Source: Eledone cirrhosa
Taxonomy: Eukaryota
Assembly (NCBI GenBank): GCA_964016885.1
Contig: CAXHJY010000105.1
Coordinates: 1-64,000 of the forward strand
Direction of reading: 5' to 3'
Length of the DNA stretch: 64,000 nucleotides
A program made the translations under genes and the position numbers. Numbering within the stretch: the first letter of the stretch is position 1; every line of letters begins with the position of its first letter. The notes beneath the pieces are model-generated. The model searched no databases. It saw nothing but the letters and a program-made list of their open reading frames with translations, and was not told the DNA's origin. Positions 55,401-64,000 of the stretch are shown here, piece by piece.

Positions 55401-58400
55401 TACTAACACTCCTTCATTCCACTACTTTATAGGAAGTTACTAACACTCCTTCATTCCACTACTTTATAGGGAGTTAATAACACTCCTTCATTCCACTACT
55501 TTATAGGAAGTTACTAACACTCCTTCATTGCACTACTCTACAGGAAGTTACTAACACTCCTTCATTCCACTACTTCACAGGAAGTTACTCACACTCCTTC
55601 ATTCCCCTACTTTACAGGAAGTTACTAACACTCCTTCATTGCACTAATCTACAGGAAGTTACTAACACTCCTTCATTCCACTACTTTATAGGAAGTTACT
55701 AACACTCCTTCATTCCACTACTTTACAGGAAGTTACTAACACTCCTTCATTGCACTACTCTACAGGAAGTTACTAACACTCCTTCATTCCACTACTCTAT
55801 AGGAAGTTACTAACACTCCTTCATTCCACTACTTTACAGGAAGTTACTAACACTCCTTCATTCCACTACTTTATAGGAAGTTACTAACAGTCCTTCATTC
55901 CACTACTTTATAGGAAATTACTAACACTCCTTCATTCCACTACTTTACAGGAAGTTACTAACACTCCTTCATTCCACTACTTTACAGGAAGTTACTAACA
56001 CTCCTTCATTCCACTACTTTACAGGAAGTTACTAACACTCCTTCATTCCACTACTCTACAGGAAGTTACTAACACTCCTTCATTCCACTACTTTACAGGA
56101 AGTTACTAACACTCTTTCATTCCACTACTTTATAGGAAGTTACTAACACTCCTTCATTCCACTACTTCATAGGAAGTTACTAACACTCCTTCATTCCACT
56201 ACTCTACAGGAAGTTACTAACACTCCTTCATTCCACTACTTTATAGGAAGTTACTAACACTCCTTCATTGCACTACTTTATAGGAAGTTACTAGCACTCC
56301 TTCATTCCACTACTTTACAGGAAGTTACTAACACTCCTTCATTCCACTACTTTATAGGAAGTTACTAACACTCCTTCATTGCACTACTTTATAGGAAGTT
56401 ACTAACACTCCTTCATTCCACTACTTTACAGGAAGTTACTAACACTCCTTCATTGCACTACTTTACAGGAAGTTACTAACACTCCTTCATTCCACTACTT
56501 TATAGGAAGTTACTAACACTCCTTCATTGCACTACTTTACAGGAAGTTACTAACACTCCTTAATTCCACTACTTTATAGGAAGTTACTAACACTCCTTCA
56601 TTCCACTACTTTACAGGAAGTTACTAACACTCCTTCATTCCACTACTTTACAGGAAGTTACTAACACTCCTTCATTGCACTACTTTATAGGAAGTTACTA
56701 ACACTCCTTCATTCCACTACTTTACAGGAAGTTACTAACACTCCTTCATTGCACTACTTTATAGGAAGTTACTAACACTCCTTCATTCCACTACTTTACA
56801 GGAAGTTACTAACAATCCTTCATTCCACTACTTTACAGGAAGTTACTAACACTCCTTCAGTCCACTACTTTATAGGAAGTTAGTAACCCTCCTTCATTCC
56901 ACTACTTTATAGGAAGTTACTAACACTCCTTCATTCCACTACTTCATAGGAAGTTACTAACACTCCTTCATTGCACTACTTTATAGGAAGTTACTAACAC
57001 TCCTTCATTCCACTACTTTATAGGAAGTTACTAACACTCCTTCATTCCACTACTTTATAGGAAGTTACTAACACTCCTTCATTCCACTACTTTATAGGGA
57101 GTTAATAACACTCCTTCATTCCACTACTTTATAGGAAGTAACTAACACTCCTTCATTGCACTACTCTTCAGGAAGTTACTAACACTCCTTCATTCCACTA
57201 CTTCACAGGAAGTTACTCACACTCCTTCATTCCCCTACTTTACAGGAAGTTACTAACACTCCTTCATTGCACTACTCTACAGGAAGTTACTAACACTCCT
57301 TCATTCCACTACTCTATAGGAAGTTACTAACACTCCTTCATTGCACTACTCTACAGGAAGTTACTAACACTCCTTCATTCCACTACTCTACAGGAAGTTA
57401 CTAACACTCCTTCATTCCACTACTCTATAGGAAGTTACTAACACTCCTTCATTGCACTACTCTACAGGAAGTTACTAACACTCCTTCATTCCCCTACTTT
57501 ACAGGAAGTTACTAACACTCCTTCATTCCACTACTCTACAGGAAGTTACTAACACTCCTTCATTCCACTACTCTACAGGAAGTTACTAACACTCCTTCAT
57601 TCCACTACTTTACAGGAAGTTACTAACACTCCTTCATTGCACTACTCTACAGGAAGTTACTAACACTCCTTCATTCCACTACTCTACAGGAAGTTACTAA
57701 CACTCCTTCATTCCACTACTTTACAGGAAGTTACTAACACTCCTTCATTGCACTACTCTCCAGGAAGTTACTAACACTCCTTCATTCCACTACTCTACAG
57801 GAAGTTACTCATACTCCTTCATTCCCCTACTTTACAGGAAGTTACTAACACTCCTTCATTCCACTACTTTACAGGAAGTTACTAACACTCCTTCATTGCA
57901 CTACTCTCCAGGAAGTTACTAACACTCCTTCATTCCACTACTCTACAGGAAGTTACTCACACTCCTTCATTCCCCTACTTTACAGGAAGTTACTAACACT
58001 CCTTCATTGCACTACTCTACAGGAAGTTACTAACACTCCTTCATTCCACTACTCTACAGGAAGTTACTCACACTCCTTCATTCCCCTACTTTACAGGAAG
58101 TTACTAACACTCCTTCATTCCACTACTCTACAGGAAGTTACTAACACTCCTTCATTCCACTACTTTACAGGAAGTTACTAACACTCCTTCATTCCACTAC
58201 TTTACAAGAAGTTACTAACACTCCTTCATTCCACTACTTTATAGGAAGTTACTAACACTCCTTCATTCCACTACTTTACAGGAAGTTACTAACACTCCTT
58301 CATTCCACTACTTTATAGGAAGTTACTAACACTCCTTCATTCCACTACTTTATAGGAAGTTACTAACACTCCTTCATTCCACTACTTTATAGGAAGTTAC

Positions 58401-61400
58401 TAACACTCCTTCATTCCACTACTTTACAGGAAGTTACTAACACTCCTTCATTCCACTACTTTATAGGAAGTTACTAACACTCCTTCATTGCACTACTTTA
58501 CAGGAAGTTACTAACACTCCTTCATTCCACTACTTTACAGGAAGTTACTAACACTCCTTCATTCCACTACTTTACAGGAAGTTACTAACACTCCTTCATT
58601 CCACTACTTTACAGGAAGTTACTAACACTCCTTCATTCCACTACTTTATAGGAAGTTACTAACACTCCTTCATTCCACTACTTTACAGGAAGTTACTAAC
58701 ACTCCTTCATTCCACTACTTTATAGGAAGTTACTAACACTCCTTCATTGCACTACTTTACAGGAAGTTACTAACACTCCTTCATTCCACTACTTTACAGG
58801 AAGTTACTAACACTCCTTCATTCCACTACTTTACAGGAAGTTACTAACACTCCTTCATTCCACTACTTTACAGGAAGTTACTAACACTCCTTCATTCCAC
58901 TACTCTACAGGAAGTTACTAACACTCCTTCATTCCACTACTCTACAGGAAGTTACTAACACTCCTTCATTCCACTACTCTACAGGAAGTTACTAACACTC
59001 CTTCATTCCACTACTTTATAGGAAGTTACTCACACTCCTTCATTGCACTACTTTATAGGAAGTTACTAACACTCCTTCATTCCACTACTCTACAGGAAGT
59101 TACTAACACTCCTTCATTGCACTACTTTATAGGAAGTTACTCACACTCCTTCATTGCACTACTTTATAGGAAGTTACTAACACTCCTTCATTCCACTACT
59201 CTACAGGAAGTTACTAACACTCCTTCATTGCACTACTTTATAGGAAGTTACTCACACTCCTTCATTGCACTACTTTATAGGAAGTTACTAACACTCCTTC
59301 ATTCCACTACTCTACAGGAAGTTACTAACACTCCTTCATTGCACTACTCTACAGGAAGTTACTAACACTCCTTCATTGCACTACTCTACAGGACGTTACT
59401 AACACCCCTTCATTGCACTACTCTACAGGACGTTACTAACACTCCTTCATTCCACTACTTTATAGGAAGTTACTAACACTCCTTCATTCCACTACTCTAC
59501 AGGAAGTTACTAACACTCCTTCATTGCACTACTCTACAGGAAGTTACTAACACTCCTTCATTGCACTACTCTACAGGACGTTACTAACACCCCTTCATTG
59601 CACTACTCTACAGGACGTTACTAACACTCCTTCATTCCACTACTTTATAGGAAGTTACTAACACTCCTTCATTCCACTACTCTACAGGAAGTTACTAACA
59701 CTCCTTCATTCCACTATTCTACAGGAAGTTACTAACACTCCCTCATTCCACTACTCTACAGGAAGTTACTAACACTCCTTTATTGCACTACTCTACAGGA
59801 AGTTACTAACACCCCTTCATTCCACTACTTTATAGGAAGTTACTAACACTCCTTCATTCCACTATTCTACAGGAAGTTACTAACACTCCTTCATTCCACT
59901 ACTTTATAGGAAGTTACTAACACTCCTTCATTCCACTACTTTATAGGAAGTTACTAACACTCCTTCATTCTACTACTTTATAGGAAGTTACTAACACCCC
60001 TTCATTCCACTACTTTATAGGAAGTTACTAACACTCCTTCATTCCACTACTTTACAGGAAGTTACTAACACTCCTTCATTCCACTACTTTACAGGAAGTT
60101 ACTAACACTCTTTCATTCCACTACTTTATAGGAAGTTACTAACACTGCTTCATTGCACTACTCTACAGGAAGTTACTAACACTCCTTCATTCCACTACTT
60201 TACAGGAAGTTACTAACACTCTTTCATTCCACTACTTTATAGGAAGTTACTAACACTCCTTCATTGCACTACTCTACAGGAAGTTACTAACACTCCTTCA
60301 TTCCACTACTTTACAGGAAGTTACTAACACTCCTTCATTGCACTAATCTACAGGAAGTTACTAACACTCCTTCATTCCACTACTTTATAGGAAGTTACTA
60401 ACACTCCTTCATTCCACTACTTTATAGGAAGTTACTAACACTCCTTCATTGCACTACTTTATAGGAAGTTACTAACACTCCTTCATTCCACTACTTTACA
60501 GGAAGTTACTAACACTCTTTCATTCCACTACTTTATAGGAAGTTACTAACACTCCTTCATTCCACTACTTTATAGGAAGTTACTAACACTCCTTCATTCC
60601 ACTACTCTACAGGAAGTTACTAACACTCCTTCATTCCACTACTTTATAGGAAGTTACTAACACTCCTTCATTGCACTACTTTATAGGAAGTTACTAGCAC
60701 TCCTTCATTCCACTACTTTACAGGAAGTTACTAACACTCCTTCATTCCACTACTTTATAGGAAGTTACTAACACTCCTTCATTGCACTACTTTATAGGAA
60801 GTTACTAACACTCCTTCATTCCACTACTTTATAGGAAGTTACTAACACTCCTTCATTGCACTACTTTACAGGAAGTTACTAACACTCCTTCATTCCACTA
60901 CTTTATTGGAAGTTACTAACACTCCTTCATTGCACTACTTTACAGGAAGTTACTAACACTCCTTCATTCCACTACTTTACAGGAAGTTACTAACACTCCT
61001 TCATTGCACTACTTTACAGGAAGTTACTAACACTCCTTCATTCCACTACTTTACAGGAAGTTACTAACACTCCTTCATTGCACTATTTTATAGGAAGTTA
61101 CTAACACTCCTTCATTCCACTACTTTACAGGAAGTTACTAACACTCCTTCATTCCACTACTTTATAGGAAGTTACTAACACCCCTTCATTCCACTACTCT
61201 ATAGGAAGTTACTAACACTCTTTCATTCCACTACTTTATAGGAAGTTACTAACACTCCTTCATTCCACTACTTTACAGGAAGTTACTAACACTCCTTCAT
61301 TCCACTACTTTATAGGAAGTTACTAACACTCCTTCATTCCACTACTTTATAGGAAGTTACTAACACTCTTTCATTGCACTACTTTATAGGAAGTTACTAA

Positions 61401-64000
61401 TACTCCTTCATTCCACTAATTTACAGGAAGTTACTAACACTCCTTCATTCCACTACTTTACAGGAAGTTACTAACACTCCTTCATTGCACTACTTTACAG
61501 GAAGTTACTAACACTCCTTCATTCCACTACTTTACAGGAAGTTACTAACACTCCTTCATTGCACTATTTTATAGGAAGTTACTAACACTCCTTCATTCCA
61601 CTACTTTACAGGAAGTTACTAACACTCCTTCATTCCACTACTTTATAGGAAGTTACTAACACTCCTTCATTCCACTACTTTACAGGAAGTTACTAACACT
61701 CCTTCATTCCACTACTTTACAGGAAGTTACTAACACTCCTTCATTCCACTACTTTATAGGAAGTTAGTAACACTCCTTCATTGCACTAATTTATAGGAAG
61801 TTACTAACACTCCTTCATTCCACTACTTTATAGGAAGTTACTAACACTCCTTCATTCCACTACTTTATAGGAAGTTACTAACACTCCTTCATTCCACTAC
61901 TTTATAGGAAGTTACTAACACTCTTTCATTGCACTACTTTATAGGAAGTTACTAATACTCCTTCATTCCACTACTTTACAGGAAGTTACTAACACTCCTT
62001 CATTCCACTACTTTACAGGAAGTTACTAACACTCCTTCATTCCACTACTTTATAGGAAGTTACTAACACTCCTTCATTCCACTACTTTACAGGAAGTTAC
62101 TAACACTCCTTCATTGCACTACTTTATAGGAAGTTACTAACACTCCTTCATTCCACTACTTTACAGGAAGTTACTAACACTCCTTCATTGCACTACTTTA
62201 TAGGAAGTTACTAACAGTCCTTCATTCCACTACTTTACAGGAAGTTACTAACACTCCTTCATTCCACTACTTTATAGGAAGTTACTAACACTCCTTAATT
62301 CCACTACTTTACAGGAAGTTACTAACACTCCTTCATTGCACTACTTTATAGGAAGTTACTAACACTCCTTCATTCCACTACTTTACAGGAAGTTACTAAC
62401 ACTCCTTCATTGCACTACTTTATAGGAAGTTACTAACACTCCTTCATTCCACTACTTTACAGGAAGTTACTAACACTCCTTCATTCCACTACTTTACTGG
62501 AAGTTACTAACACTCCTTCATTCCACTACTTTATAGGAAGTTAGTAACACTCCTTCATTGCACTACTTTATAGGAAGTTACTAACACTCCTTCATTCCAC
62601 TACTTTATAGGAAGTTACTAACACTCCTTCATTCCACTACTTTATAGGAAGTTACTAACACTCCTTCATTCCACTACTTTATAGGGAGTTAATAACACTC
62701 CTTCATTCCACTACTTTATAGGAAGTTACTAACACTCCTTCATTGCACTACTCTACAGGAAGTTACTAACACTCCTTCATTCCACTACTTCACAGGAAGT
62801 TACTCACACTCCTTCATTCCCCTACTTTACAGGAAGTTACTAACACTCCTTCATTGCACTAATCTACAGGAAGTTACTAACACTCCTTCATTCCACTACT
62901 TTATAGGAAGTTACTAACACTCCTTCATTCCACTACTTTACAGGAAGTTACTAACACTCCTTCATTGCACTACTCTACAGGAAGTTACTAACACTCCTTC
63001 ATTCCACTACTCTATAGGAAGTTACTAACACTCCTTCATTCCACTACTTTACAGGAAGTTACTAACACTCCTTCATTGCACTACACTACAGGAAGTTACT
63101 AACACTCCTTCATTCCACTACTTTACAGGAAGTTACTAACACTCCTTCATTCCACTACTTTATAGGAAGTTACTAACAGTCCTTCATTCCACTACTTTAT
63201 AGGAAATTACTAACACTCCTTCATTCCACTACTTTACAGGAAGTTACTAACACTCCTTCATTCCACTACTTTACAGGAAGTTACTAACACTCCTTCATTC
63301 CACTACTTTACAGGAAGTTACTAACACTCCTTCATTCCACTACTCTACAGGAAGTTACTAACACTCCTTCATTCCACTACTTTACAGGAAGTTACTAACA
63401 CTCTTTCATTCCACTACTTTATAGGAAGTTACTAACACTCCTTCATTCCACTACTTTATAGGAAGTTACTAACACTCCTTCATTCCACTACTCTACAGGA
63501 AGTTACTAACACTCCTTCATTCCACTACTTTATAGGAAGTTACTAACACTCCTTCATTGCACTACTTTATAGGAAGTTACTAGCACTCCTTCATTCCACT
63601 ACTTTACAGGAAGTTACTAACACTCCTTCATTCCACTACTTTATAGGAAGTTACTAACACTCCTTCATTGCACTACTTTATAGGAAGTTACTAACACTCC
63701 TTCATTCCACTATTTTACAGGAAGTTACTAACACTCCTTCATTGCACTACTTTACAGGAAGTTACTAACACTCCTTCATTCCACTACTTTATAGGAAGTT
63801 ACTAACACTCCTTCATTGCACTACTTTATAGGAAGTTACTAACACTCCTTCATTCCACTACTTTACAGGAAGTTACTAACACTCCTTCATTCCACTACTT
63901 TACTGGAAGTTACTAACACTCCTTCATTCCACTACTTTATAGGAAGTTAGTAACACTCCTTCATTGCACTACTTTATAGGAAGTTACTAACACTCCTTCA
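52480..64000 (+). repeat. Distal sub-domain with its own repeated variant blocks (offsets 2478, 1628, 6660, 7215 bp)
   Basis: GGGAGTTAAT at 52991, 55469, 57097, 62684; ACAGTCC at 52521, 54999, 62214; CACTATTTTA at 54421 and 61081. Confidence 0.82.

Larger units (their letters stand above)
1835..64000 (+). repeat. 37-bp tandem satellite array (~1,680 monomers, single orientation, runs off the right edge)
   Basis: Consensus ACTAACACTCCTTCATTCCACTACTTTACAGGAAGTT (37 nt, 14/37 GC, only 3 G on the + strand, no CpG) repeats head-to-tail with no insertion or inversion seen. Three common dimorphic sites plus scattered rare variants. Strand denotes reading orientation only. Confidence 0.99.

Noticed and set aside
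12897-59365. Three 82-aa ORFs (12897, 29684, 59117)
   Set aside because: They start at TTG within the satellite and exist only because TAA>AAA or TAA>TCA variants remove the periodic stop. The first two are duplication copies.
1835-64000. CRISPR array (37-bp, partly palindromic repeat)
   Set aside because: Monomers are directly adjacent with no unique spacers, no cas genes are present, and the context is eukaryote-like.
1835-64000. Telomeric repeat or a named satellite family (e.g. HSATII/III via CATTCC)
   Set aside because: No TTAGGG-type repeat is present and CATTCC occurs only once per 37 bp. I do not recognise the family or organism; a Dfam/Repbase/BLAST search is needed.

Overview
Non-coding, eukaryote-like repetitive DNA with no credible gene, RNA gene, transposon or CRISPR array. 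From left to right: a ~1.4 kb polypyrimidine 36-bp minisatellite, a ~250 bp compound (TA)/(TG) microsatellite, ~110 bp of unique sequence, and then, from 1835 to the window end, an uninterrupted head-to-tail 37-bp satellite of ~1,680 monomers. The consensus is ACTAACACTCCTTCATT[C/G]CACTACT[T/C]TA[C/T]AGGAAGTT. Rare variants used as markers show nested amplification: a 111-bp trimer at the left edge, duplications of 259, 292, 1701, ~2478, ~3100-3300 and 4025 bp, and a near-identical 16,787-bp (454-monomer) tandem duplication. The most unusual observation is that, on the + strand, each monomer reads as a complete consensus spliceosomal 3' splice site: TACTAAC branch point, AG-free pyrimidine-rich tract, then YAG|G. 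Rare single-base variants create GTAAGT donors or AG|GT junctions. The motifs are seen directly; any function is untested inference. All listed ORFs are explained by repeat periodicity. Coordinates and offsets were read by eye.
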